Source of the DNA: Paramecium tetraurelia
Taxonomy: Eukaryota
DNA length: 64,000 nt
Direction of reading: 5' to 3'
NCBI GenBank assembly: GCA_000165425.1
Contig: CT868629.1
Span: forward strand, 1 to 64,000
This document shows positions 41,208 through 53,515 of this stretch, piece after piece. The translations under genes were made by a program, and so were the position numbers. The notes under the pieces are model-generated. The model ran no database searches, had not been told where the DNA came from, and saw nothing but the letters and a program-made list of their open reading frames with translations. Within the stretch, counting starts at the first letter, position 1. Every line of letters starts with the position of its first letter.

Positions 41208-43453
41208 TCATTAAGACTTGCTGAGTTCTTGCAAGTATTGATATTCCTCTTTAAGTGTTTCTTACCTAAATAGGAATCTGCTTTAGGGGACATTGTTTCT
41301 TTCTGGGTTGTCTAGCGGATAAAGGGTGATACATTACTTGTAGTTTTGTACATCTTCTCATAATTAGTTCCAACATAAAATTCTTTGATGATAGATTCGA
41401 AACTAGAGCATCGAACAGAGTTACGTGCCAATTCGGCCATGTCTACATTGTATAAATCAAAGATCTGTTGAGCAATTGCATATTCTTCTAGAAGAGGTTA
41501 ATCAGTTATGTGTAACATAAGGGGATCGTCAGTGGACAAACAAACATTGAGTCCTTGTCTGAAATAGCTGTTAAAAGGTGAATCAGCATATTTACATGTC
41601 AATTTGTTATTGGCAATTGGAGACATGGATATACCAATTTATTTGAGGTAATACAAATACTTTAGAACAGGGGATTATTCTAAAATAATGCCATGATTGA
41701 TTCCTCTGGCCAGCAAATATGCACAAGCCAAGTGATCGATATTTCCATTGAGACCACAATGGGGTCTCAGATCAAGGGTATTTAAGCCTCTTTGTTGTCT
41801 CAACTGATTCAAACTAGATAGATTGGCATAGATGTAATAGATCCAATAAGCATAATGTGGATTGGTGTCTTTCGTCCAATGAATAGGTTGGATTTTGAGA
41901 TGTTGTAGAAAGAAGTTCTCATGCTAATTCTCATCATCGACACAATCCAAGGCGGATATGCTAAAGAGTGCTTGATACAAGTCTGGATCGACTTCAGGGT
42001 TGATAGTGACTTCAAACAATGGTCTAAAAATATTATCAATCATATCTTGAAATGATTTGAGTTCTCCACTCTTTCTATACACTGAATAAAGTCTAGGCAA
42101 TTGGATGATCCACCTAATATTTGGATGCTGTAGTTTATTTTTAATAAGCCATTGAGCCTTTATTCTCCATTCACTACTAGATTTCCCATAAATGGTGATT
42201 CTCCATTCGGCATAAGTGTGTCTGTCCATATTTTTAATCATATCCTAAGTAATTTCAGCAATATATTTTACCTTTGATATAATTATCAGTCTTCAAAAAG
42301 ATGCTTCTTAACAGTGGCTATCCAAGTGGACTGTACTTGCTAGTAAATCTATCGAATCTCTTGTAGAGAGATTTATCTGCTTAAACATCCAAGAGATCGA
42401 TATTTAATTCTTCAGTTTTGAATTTAAATCTCTTTTAAATGTCTTTGAGTGTCATTTCTTTACCATCATCCAAATAGACAACTTCTTCAGGACATTGTCT
42501 GAATTTCTTCTTCATAAATTCAAGTAATTACTTGCCATTCATACTTTGACTATGATGAACGTGAGTGTCTATTTTAAGCACACTATAAAAATCCCTATTC
42601 TTTATTCGCTTTTGATCCTCACTTTCTCTGTCACTATTAAACAGACAATGCATTTTGAATTTCTACTCCAAATACGTATTGCGCGAATAACACCAACCGG
42701 AAATCATCTTGTCATTGGCTATTTCAACGAAGGTAAGGAGATCCTTAATGAACTCCTTGATGGAATGCATCTTAGTAAGCCAATGTCCATCTTATTGCAC
42801 TGCATAGACTCCATCGGAGACATGGATTTCCACTTTTTCCATTTTAGGCAGTAGTTCAATGTGACATCTGTAATCAACAATGGGTTCTTGAGTATCAGCT
42901 GAATAGGTGGTAACTTCTTCCAATCCATTCCAATCACTTTGGAGATCAGGGTTGTAATCTGTGCGTTTCTTGAGTAGGGAGACAATCTTCTTTGCTGAAG
43001 CTCTGCCTTCAATTTCACTTTGTTCATGAATAGCACTTTGTTCGCATTTTTTAATCTAGTTTTAAATGGAGAGGGATACTTCAATATAATCATATTCTCG
43101 GATACTGAGAATGTCGAAGTCAGACTTTTCGAAAAATACGGTGTCTCTTTTAAGAGTCTTCCTGGGACTTTGGAATGGTTTAGAAGAATGTGCAGATTTG
43201 ACAGATTCAGTTGGACTGTCTAATTGACTGAGTTTGCGTCCAACCAAATTCTTCATGTATTTGTGTTTGTCTTCCACTTCATCAAGTTCTTCTTCCTGGA
43301 TGATCTCAGTGATCATTTGGGAGATACTCTTCACAGTCTGCAATTGTTTCACTTTATAGCTTATTTAAATGTCTTACTTTGTTTGTAGACTTGTGATTCT
43401 GGTTCCTCAAGATCGCTGTCACTGTCTAGTCTTTTTATTTATTGTTTTGACAT
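41208..43453 (-). CDS. AMPD: AMP deaminase homologue (catalytic Glu replaced; 1-nt frameshift at about 42266 in this sequence)
   Basis: KIDTHVHHS, RFDRFTSKYSPLG, IFLKTDNYIKG, WIIQLPRLY, VDDE, LRPHCG, INHGI, LSTDDPL and ELARNSV motifs. Confidence 0.93.
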
Positions 43454-43509
43454 AATTTTATATACTTATTTATGACAAATAAAATTAATAATTAAAATAT
43501 ATATATCCG

Positions 43510-44368
43510 ATGTCGAGAGTGAAATAATCTGCAGTGTAATATTGTGAGTGTTATAGGATTTTAGATGTGTAACCATCTCCAAGTTCAGGAAGAATTCAAA
43601 AGATTTCTGAGAAATTGTCAACCATCCAAATTGGAGTCGAGAATGAACGATTCCAAAAATTGGAATAGGCCGAATAACGAATTCAATAGGCAGAAGATGC
43701 ATTCAATGAGTTCCAGGAGCAAATCTTCACAAAACTAAATGGATTACGAGATCAAGTATCCACATTATTTTAAATGTTCGTTAACAGTTAGGCAAATTAT
43801 CCAAGTAAGTGGAAGATGACAGATTGGCTAAGGAACAAGCCAATGAAGCCAAGAATAGAGATGTCCAAGCATTGACCAAGAAGTTTGAGAATGCCATTGA
43901 GAATGAACAGTAGACCAAGAAAGAGGGAGAAGCTAAAGTTCTTAGATTGACAGAGGATAAAACTGCACTCCTAAGAACAGAAGTACAAAAGGAGACAGCC
44001 TAAAGAGTGGATGCCATTGAGGGCATTCATTAGGGTCTTTAAAATGATTTGCCAAAGATTTAAGAGGCCATCAGAGAGGAGGCCAATGAGAGAGATGAGG
44101 CAGATTAAAATGTAAGTATCTCAGGTGATATTCTAAGGTAATGAAATCAATAACAGACGAATTGGTTAAGTTGAGCAATCTGATCAATGTGGAGAAGAGA
44201 AACAGAGATGAGAGTGAATAATCCATATTTGAGATGTTGAAAGACATAGTCAATAGAGTGAAAGTTGAATTGGATTAGGAGAAGAGAACCAGAGAGCAAT
44301 CTGAAGAACACTTACTCAGTTTATTGGAAGACACATGTAATAAACTTAGTATTGCAGCAAATTTATGA
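43510..44368 (+). CDS. SFA: SF-assemblin / striated (kinetodesmal) fibre protein
   Basis: Short Pro/Ser head followed by a segmented coiled coil with recurring E..R motifs (EANERDEAD, EKRNRDESE, EKRTREQSE), ending LLSLLEDTCNKL; 3 micro-introns. Confidence 0.88.
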
Positions 44369-44418
44369 AATATATATATATATTATGATTTATTCATTAG
44401 TCGAATTCCATCTTCATT

Positions 44419-45888
44419 TCACTAGGAATTTAGCATGAGTTTTTGAATTGAACAATTTTGGAATCTTCCAACTTTATATTCCTCTATCAAAGTGGAATCT
44501 CCAACTAAGTTATATCTTAAAATCAAATCGGCCGCCAATTCATGAGGTTCACAATATTGTATTTAAACTGATACAAGTTGTTTTGTCGATTCGTACAAGT
44601 TTAAGAATTCGAAATCCTGCTGTTGATAACGATGACCAAATGTTTGATGTGTCTGTGGTCTTTCTTCATTGATCTTTGTTAATGTATATTATTCCACATT
44701 CTTGTAATTAGATTGCATTTTCATATTGGAGTCTAATTTGGCTCCACTTTATGATGGATTGAATTGTTGGTTCTGAAATCTCGATGTACCAAACACTTAT
44801 CTCATAAATCAAAATAATATAAAATCACTTCTTCGATTAGTATTATTGTTTTTAATTTGTAAACTTCTTCAACTCCTGTTGTTAATTACCCAATGTCCTG
44901 TAGTTTTCTTGGTGCAAATTCTGGGGTTGTCTATTACTACTTAAACAATAGGTGTTCAGTGATTTGTTTAGCTGTAAATCTTTGTTTTGGATTCCATCTT
45001 AAGCATTCCTTATATCAAATCTAAAGCCATAGGAGATGCTTTGATCACATGCAACAACTTCTAAGGATGGTGTGTCAATTTCAATCCCAATTGATTCACC
45101 AATTTGACTCCCTCACTCCAATCTTAATTATTGAATGTACTAAAATAGATTTTGAGTTATCTCTCTTACCCCAATATTTGTAGCATTCGATCGAACTGTT
45201 CTAACTCAGAAGCTCCCACGAACAAGGGTCTTCCCAAAAACAATTCGCATGTCACACATCCCAAGGCGAAGATATCGATCGAGGCATCGTAACTTGTCGA
45301 GTGCAACAGAATCTCAGGAGCCTTTTAATCTCTTTATTCATTACTCTGTACCAACGAGTCGATACATAATCTGTAAAGGGGGGCTTGACTTCCCTCGAAA
45401 GGCCAAAGTCTATCAATTTCACACATTCATTCTCAATCAAGATGTTCTCCGGCTTTATGTCCCTTACTTTTAGTTTAATCCACCATACCTATGAAAGTAT
45501 CCCAAGTGATGGATGTGGAGCAAAGCATTCGCACATTGCAATATTATGTGCTTTATTCGCTCCTCATCCAATTTATCCTACGTATAGAGCTAGTACACAT
45601 TGTTCTCCACATATTCATAGATCAAGTACAGGCGCTTGTTCTCGTATCGCACTAACACATGCACTTATGCATACTGTCGAGCAATTTTATGATGTTCGGA
45701 TGCTCCTTCAATTTCATCAACGCCTTCACTTCTCTCAATTTCAGACACTCCTCCATCGACTCAAACGTCTCTCTCAACATCTTGATTGCCACTCGTTTCC
45801 CACTCTCCACATTCACACCACTGTGCACTATCCCATAAGATCCATTCCCCAAACACTCCTGCAATTGATACTCTTATAATATATTCAT
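44419..45888 (-). CDS. MAK/ICK (RCK family) CMGC protein kinase
   Basis: [32 protein letters not shown] and [16 protein letters not shown] (TDY activation loop). The 3' end is approximate because the tail frame is ambiguous near 44890. Confidence 0.92.
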
Positions 45889-45901
45889 AATAAAATTTAA
45901 T

Positions 45902-46441
45902 TCAATTATGTTTTATCCCTCCCATAAACGACCTCGCATCAGGCACCATCCCATTCACCTAAGCCCCTGAAAAATCAAACCCAGGATGTTCCTCCTAAAA
46001 CCTCTCCAAAAGCATCTTCTTCTACAATTCCTGCTCCGTCATCGGATCCACCTTCCCATGACCAACGAACACGCTTGGCCACAACTCTCCCTTGTATGCC
46101 TTCTGCAATATTATGTGAAGTTCTTCATCCTCCACTAGCCAGTACGACTCACTAGAATCGCATTATTTAACTAATGCCTCATCCATAAATGGAGGATTGC
46201 CCTTAATTCCCACCTTCAAACGATCAGCCTTTATTTATATGTCCAACTTGGGCATTTGCTCTCCTGGTTTCAATTGTTATCTCACTTAATCCTCGTACTT
46301 TTTCAAAACTGCCTTTGGCGGCTCTATGTATATATTAATATCATCCAATGTTTAATCCCACTCATATATTGTTCTCCCTTGATGCTAAAATTTTTATCTT
46401 CCCTTTGCTTTTTCTTAAAATTCTTTAGAAGGTTCTAGCAT
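45902..46441 (-). CDS. NUDCD2: NudC domain-containing protein 2 (CS/p23 domain), intronless, 179 aa
   Basis: YEWDQTLDDINIYI, ESYWLVEDEELHIILQK and KKMLLERFQEEHPGFDFSGA motifs. Confidence 0.93.
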
Positions 46442-46690
46442 TTATTTGAAAAATAAAAATATTGAATATTCGAATATTTTAGAAGGGTTATAATAGCATT
46501 GAATTTATTATAGGTCATCCAAAATATTCATTTATCTATGACCGTAAGAAACGGGAAATTCATATCGGAATGTATTTCCTCGGGAAATTTGGTCAATTAT
46601 AGAACAATTTTATTTTAATTGTAAAAGAGGGATTCTAGATTATTAATTAGCAAACATAAATCAATAATTATATGGTTTTAAAAAGAAATA

Positions 46691-47498
46691 ATGATTAAAT
46701 TTTTTGGGATTGTGATTTACATCTTCTTCATATTATCAGTTGTTGGCCCAATCTATTCGTTTTTGACCCTCTAACCCAAAAGAGCACAGGAGTTTTGGTC
46801 TCGACTAGCCGTCAAAACGTTACGACTGTAATTCAGATATGTGCCAAACTCTAAACAAGTGCAAACCAATAAGAGAGTAATCGTTTATTATTGAATGAAG
46901 ACAATACTGCTATTCAATCACAGAACACAAGGGGATTTCTTTATCCATGACGTGGTTTCTTAATACAGCGCAAACTTCTTGGCAAGATGGATGGTAGCAG
47001 TAGCATTTCCAATGCTGGCTTTATTCCAACAATTGTTCACACAATCAGTCTGGTTTTTTAGAAGAGGAGGCAACGATCTAAATAAGTAATATATATAATA
47101 TTATTAAAAAGCTTCTTTAAATGGATTGATAACAAATTTGATAAAGCGACAAGGCCCAACCTATTGGTCTATCCAGAAGGCCATAGAATGCACGAGAGTG
47201 ACAAAGTAGGAAGGATGAAGACTGGAATGCTTCAATATGCCTACGATCGTAAAATAGATACTTAAATAATCATTGTTTTGGGCATCGAGAAAGCCTTTAA
47301 TGAGAAGAAGTTTCATGCAACTTTAGGGTATTCATCAATTACATTTATTAAAATAGACCAACTTAGCTGTCAATAAAGGTGGATGAAATAATCCAACCAG
47401 ATAAATTTCAGACTTTCGAATTGTTTGTAGAGCACATTCAAGCTATGTTTAAGAAGAACTTTGAAGAAACATATGATTATCAATATAAATAATCTTGA
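46691..47498 (+). CDS. PlsC/LPAAT-family glycerolipid acyltransferase
   Basis: N-terminal TM helix, catalytic NHRTQGD (HX4D), FFRR and YPEGHR motifs, KTG; 3 micro-introns. Confidence 0.9.
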
Positions 47499-47642
47499 GT
47501 ATGTTATTTCTTAATTATCATATAATTGTATATCTTAAAAATATATAACTTCAATCTGAAAATTTGAGAATCAAATGTAAATCCATTAACCATGGATTGT
47601 TTATCTATTATATCTCAATTTTAATAATATATAAATAATTTT

Positions 47643-48346
47643 ATGAAAAGGAAAACTCTGTTACTTGAATCTGATATTATACAATAAATAAAAAGTGCTT
47701 TCAATCTCAATCAATTGGAAATAACAGAACTTATGACTTAAGCTAAAAGATATGATCCTAAGGGAACTGGTTACGTTAGCAAAAATGAGGTTGATGATAT
47801 TATGAGAGGTTGTTGATTGTTGTTTGATAAGGTAGAGTTGAAGTTGCTGACAAATGAAAAAATGATTGCTAAATTCAAGGAGGAATTAAAGAATTACGAT
47901 GGTAAAGTACTTGATGTTAAACAAATATGTGAACTTTATTGTAAATTGAAGAATTACTAATAACAATTAGAGGATGAAGAAACAATCACTTAGGAATATA
48001 GTATTTGAAAAGTTCAATTATTCTTAGTTGATGCATTTGTTGCCTTAGGAGGATAACCTGATAGATCTGGTTATGTATAGAAACAAACTATTATCGATAT
48101 CATCCAAAAGGAATTCGAGTTGAAAATTGATTTAGAATCTTTCCTCGGAGATTTCCAACTCACTCAGTTAGAATTTGAGGACTTTTGCTAACTTTTTGAG
48201 AATGCTGGAGAAGATGCCAAATCTTTTATTACAGTATAATTAATTTATAATAATCTCCGTAGAGTTTCTCTTCAGCCAGAAGAAATAATACTGATTTTAC
48301 CGTAAGATTCAAAGATTTTGAGAAATGGGAGAAAACAGCTATGTGA
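47643..48346 (+). CDS. EF-hand protein resembling axonemal dynein Ca-binding light chain LC4
   Basis: YDPKGTGYVSKNE EF-hand loop; DAFVALGGQPDRSGYV..IIQKEFELKID motif, which I recall from Chlamydomonas LC4; LEFEDFCQLF; 3 micro-introns. Confidence 0.8.
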
Positions 48347-48436
48347 TCATATATTTATTCAGTTTTTATCATAATCTGATTACAAACTCTTCCCTCATAA
48401 CTTTATCACGTCATCAAATTTACATATATCTTATAA

Positions 48437-49114
48437 TCAAACTTTATTTGAATTCATCTAACCTGAATATCCCACAACCCTCCTTCGATAATCATATCTA
48501 TATTGCGATTCAGGAGTTTTTTCATAATTCATTATGAAAAGCTAATTCTATTTCGGAGTGATTTTTAATGTCAACTCCCCCTTCTCTCCCGTGTGATGGT
48601 GCTGATATTGAGTTTTCATACTCTTGTCCCAAATGCTGTAAACCATCCGTTTAGATTGAGGCTTTATGATTTTATTAGGCTGATCTGAAACTTCCTTCTG
48701 GGTAAAATTGCATTAATACACACTTTTAGCCCCTCTCATAGGCAAAGTGCATGAAATATTTACATTGAAAGGCTTGATTGGCTCAGTTTTCTCATCAAAT
48801 GTTCTAGATCTATACGATCTTCTGTACACGCTCTCATCATCCAGTTCCAAAGTATTTAAAATGTACATATTTTAGTCTTAAATTATGGGTCTGACCCTTT
48901 CACTTTTACAATCTGTATATTGTTATTTATAGAGTGATTTAGAAAATAAATTTTTAGCAATTGGCTTATAGGCATTTAATTTTATTTTTAATGGCACTGT
49001 TAATTGCTTTAGAAAATAGTCTGAATCTTTAGTAGATGACTTAGAATATTCTTCTTAAGAGGTTTATTGTATTGGCAGTGTTTAATATTTTTATCTTATG
49101 GAAGATTAAGCCAT
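48437..49114 (-). CDS. SAXO/STOP (Mn-motif)-like repeat protein, 225 aa, intronless
   Basis: [ST]xYxxx[YFH] motifs every 35-37 aa: SLYKQQY, SVYRRSY, SVYQCNF, TQYQHHH, SQYRYDY. Confidence 0.7.
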
Positions 49115-49145
49115 TTTTATAATTATATTAATAATTTATTTAAAT

Positions 49146-50310
49146 ATGAAACATTATGATTAAACAAAATTTGAAAATCTAATCCTTAACGAATCGCATT
49201 ATCCCTACCCCATCTAAATTAATCCATTAACTAAATGAGTATTAGTAAAAGCATTTTGGGATGACCGTTATCTAAATGTTCAAATTAATAGTAATAAGTT
49301 AAATTATATTTAAATTACTAAATTAATTTACTAAATTGTATGTAGAAGTAATAATTGAAAGAATAAAAAGGACTTGTTCAAAAAGATTGACATATATAGT
49401 TGAACAAATATATCATATGACTCAAATTGCTTACATGATAAATTCGTTATATAAATCAATCAGAAATAATCTTAAATTACAACGATTTATGGCTATAAAT
49501 AATCCTATTTGATTTAATAGATAAAAAGGTCTTGATTCAGATTAATAAAAACATTAAGAATTAGTTTTAGATAAAATAAACAGTTATTCAACTAATTTTA
49601 TTATAATTAAGAAATTTAGCTACAGTTGTTACATGTATTCATTCAGAAATATTATGAACCTATGTGTTTAGTTTTATAAATACCTAATTTTTTTTTAAAT
49701 TATTTATGATAATCTTCTTTTATATAATTACTATGGTTGCTGAATAGAGTACTTTGTCAAAACTATGAATAAATTTCTTCCAATAAAATAAAGATTCAAC
49801 TCAAAGTATATTATAGTTATCAACATAACCCTCTAAAGAGTATTATAAGTCTTTTTAACTAAATATATTATAAAGTTATTATCAAATTTAACATCTATTA
49901 AAATAATTATAATGTTGTCTATAATAAAGTTGTATTTATTCGAATTTATATTAAATTATTAATGTAACAAGTATAAATATATGGTAACAAATTGGATAAA
50001 ATTAAATGAATAGACGGAATTTTATATTATCCCTCCCCATATATCAACGAACTTCTAGGAGATCCTACATTATTGTAAAATGGTTTTGATTCAGATGCCA
50101 CTCAAGATTTTAATGAATTAAGTTAGAATTTTGATTGAATAAATCATTCATCAGAGATTGTTAAAGACTTGAAAATATAAACTTTAGAAGCAGATAGAAC
50201 TTCACAATTAGCGATAATGATATTAAGTATGCAGTAATGATATTTGTTACCGTATAAACGTGAATGGCTTGGTGTGGGATGTTGTAAAAAATGATATATA
50301 ATAAATAATA
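49146..50310 (+). pseudogene. Possible decayed gene with cytochrome b5-like fragments
   Basis: Fragments GFDSDATQDFNEL and INVNGLVWDVVK resemble b5 motifs, but there is no HPGG and I found no intact frame. Confidence 0.25.
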
Positions 50311-50312
50311 CA

Positions 50313-53300
50313 TCATATTTGAATAGTCTAACCTTACTTTAACAATTTCCCATTTATTTTAACATTTAGACTGCAATTAAAGGTTAATGGCTGATACTCC
50401 AAAATCAATGACTTTGCATCCATATATAGTAATGGAAAATCAATTTATCTCAATACGTATTCATTGTTGTTTAAACACAATTTGGCTTAAGAAATTTCTT
50501 CAAAATCTGAGGATTCAAACTCTATGCAAATATTTTGAGCCAACTTCTAAACTCTTCTTCGACAGGCTTCTAAATATTTACTATATTCAATTGGGAATAC
50601 AATTCCTAAGTTAATGAGTTGATTTTGAAATCTTTTTGTGTTTGGAAACTTACACAATTGTTAATGAAATCTGATTAAAGGTTGGATATTGGTTAAATCA
50701 TTTTGAACATGCAACTATTATGCAAAGATGCAGGCTAATTCAATAATAGTTATTTGATTAACATTGATATCTGCCACTGAATTATCTTAATCGATAACAG
50801 CAATAATATTATGTAACAATTCTCTGAATTATTGGAATATTGCCCTAAGATCTGGCTAGTCTATTATTTAGTTAATTTTATCCATATTCTATTTGCAATA
50901 GTAATTATCGTAAATATCAGGTCTATTGATAGGAAATTTTAAGTCTGTTCTTTTTGCTAATTCTTTTGGATTGAAATCATTTGTAGATTGTCTGCTCTGC
51001 TACAATTTTAATTCGAATAAATTATTAAAGTCAAGAATGATTTTTTCTTTCATGAATTTATCAATAATTTCAAATAGTTTGTATCTCAAAGCAGAATTAT
51101 GAATATTGCCATCCATGACATTCTTTAATTCTTGTAACTTAGTGGAACCAGTCAAAGTATTCTCGAATTCTTAATATGTAGTTGTTGCACAAAATATCTC
51201 ATCAATATCATAATTTAAGCATTCCATACATACATATAAATATTAATAGACTATCTGTATTTATTCATTGATTATTGGAGAGAACTCTCTCTAAGTAAGA
51301 AAATTGCATTGTTCAATTAAATACTCTTTTACTTTTGGAATCTATTGTTTAAATAAGGATTCTAAGTTTTAAATCAATTACAATTATTGTAACTATTCGA
51401 TGGCTTAGAAATACTGATTTGCTTGTCTACTAATTTATTCACAATGCACGCTAAATTAATTGATTTTTTAGAGATCCGATGTAATTTGAGGCCATTTCAA
51501 AAGTGTTATTAATTGACCTTTTAGTTCTTCCTTTATAAGCAGGTACTGTTTCAAAATGTTGATGCATTTAAACAGTTCTGCCTTCCAATTGCTTAATTGT
51601 TTAATAAATTTGGTCTCACTTGGATATGATTCCCCTAAATTTTAGAGTTTGGCAGTTACTTCCTAATATCTTTGTACCACTATTTCGATTCTCTACTTTT
51701 CATCTTCAATATTTTCACTCCAATCAAAGCTTGGAAATTTAAATTAGAGTAATTTCTTGATGGATTCTAAAATATTGGTGTCAGCATATTAGAAATGAAT
51801 GATATCGTAAAAGTCTTTGGCATATAATTCACTAAAATCAATAAAAAATTTAGGTCTTAATTATGAGATTATGTAATTTCGATATCCAATAAACTCTTAT
51901 TGCTCTAATTCAGATATTTACAATCTCAATTAATTTGTTTCACTATAATCACATTCTGCCTTATAAATTTATTGTTTTAATTTTTTAGATTCTTCTAAAG
52001 GAACTTAATTACCTTTTCTAATATAATCTGTTTGTAATTGTTTCATAAATGATCGGATGTATTGAACTTATGCTACAATATTTTATGAACTAAACTTTTG
52101 AAATTTCTCTTCCTCATTAAACTCTTTAATCTTGCTTCCATTGAAATATAATTTTTTGATTTCCAACCAAACCTTCTTTGCTGCAAGTTATAATTACTAC
52201 TTAATCTTAATTTGCATATTCTATAAGATTGGCTAATTGGGAATCTATTAGATTTACTTAATTTCTTGATAAAACATTTTAAATTATTTATGTAAAGTGA
52301 CCACATCATCAAAATACTCTGAGAATATATCAATATTTCTTGTTATTAGTTGAGTCAATCTTTCCTTAAAGTCCCTTAATTCTAATTTCTTTTCCTAGAA
52401 CTTTTCCAATTAGGCTTCAATCATCATTAGTTTCTCTGTTAGAACTGTAATACTGAGAGTGTCAGGTTCTTGAATCTGGGAATGAATTTATCTCTCTAAA
52501 TTGAATACTTCCCTCTCATGAATAAACAACAATTAATTAATTGATGAGGTCATTCTTTCTCTAACATATTGCAATAAGGAGTTGTGTGCATTTTCTAATA
52601 TCTATTGATAATTATCTTATGGTTCAATATAGCTCTTCTAGGCTCCTATCTATTAAAGTAAAGTATTAATCAGATTGATTTAATTTTGTATCTCCAACTT
52701 AACATTGTTAAATTATTGATTGAAATTTAGAGTATTCAACTTAGATGATGCTGGCTCATTTTATAGAGTAGCATATTTATTAATGGGCGTTTAATTAGTT
52801 TATTTAAGAATCTCTAATGATTTCTACAATTCTTCATTCTTCATTGCCATTTAATATGCTTATGGTTTAACGATATCCTCATACTCGGATACTTTGGTTA
52901 CAAATGAATTGTTTAAGATATTCGTTTTGATATTCAATATTTCTTCCAAGATGACATTGGACATTGAAATTTATGATCTATCATTCTCCAACTAGTTTAT
53001 AAAGTCTTAATGTTATTAGATTAAGGCTCTCCATTCTTCGAATTGCTTAGCATAATCGCTTTCTGTCCAATTTTCAGTAGTCATTACATGAGAATTAGAA
53101 TTTTGTAGATTTGATCTTTGTTATACTTAGAGCTCTTTATTTCCCTGAAAAGGTCTTAATTAGAGTAAATTGATATCATACCGACTATTAATAAATTGGC
53201 TTTGCAAGTGAGTACCACCTTGAATGTCCAATTGTCCAGATTGCACCCAAGATGATTGTTGATTTTTATTTAGCTATTAAGAATAATTCAACTCCTCTAT

Positions 53301-53481
53301 AAAATATTATATAACATATACAATTTGGTTAATTCCTTAAGGAAGCATTTGAATTATATATTTAGAAGGGTTGACTCTTGGAATCCAAAAATTAGGCCTT
53401 ATTGAAATTGCTGGATGAATCGGGTGGTAGGTTCATGTTTGTTGAATGGTCATATTGATTTTGATTAATATTATAGGACAT
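50313..53481 (-). CDS. Large hypothetical Q-rich/coiled-coil protein (about 1000 aa)
   Basis: ATG 53481 (MSYNINQNQYDHSTNMNLPP), 5' micro-intron, long code-6 frame ending KQGQTIQI* at 50313. The interior was not translated end to end. Confidence 0.7.
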
Positions 53482-53515
53482 TAAATTATAATATTTACTT
53501 AGTAAATAACTTAAT

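Noticed and set aside
42255..42275. Euplotes-style programmed +1 frameshifting in AMPD
   Set aside because: The site is not AAA followed by a stop, TAR codons are sense here, and the mechanism is not established in Paramecium. An indel error is simpler.
44860..44900. Possible frameshift in the MAK kinase tail
   Set aside because: The tail is low-complexity with no conserved motif to fix the frame, and alternative intron choices are possible, so it cannot be supported.
42546..45879. Longer standard-code ORFs on opposite strands or frames (42546-42854, 42719-43093, 45385-45879; also 20398-20775)
   Set aside because: They are shadows of real code-6 genes in locally GC-richer DNA and show no motifs.
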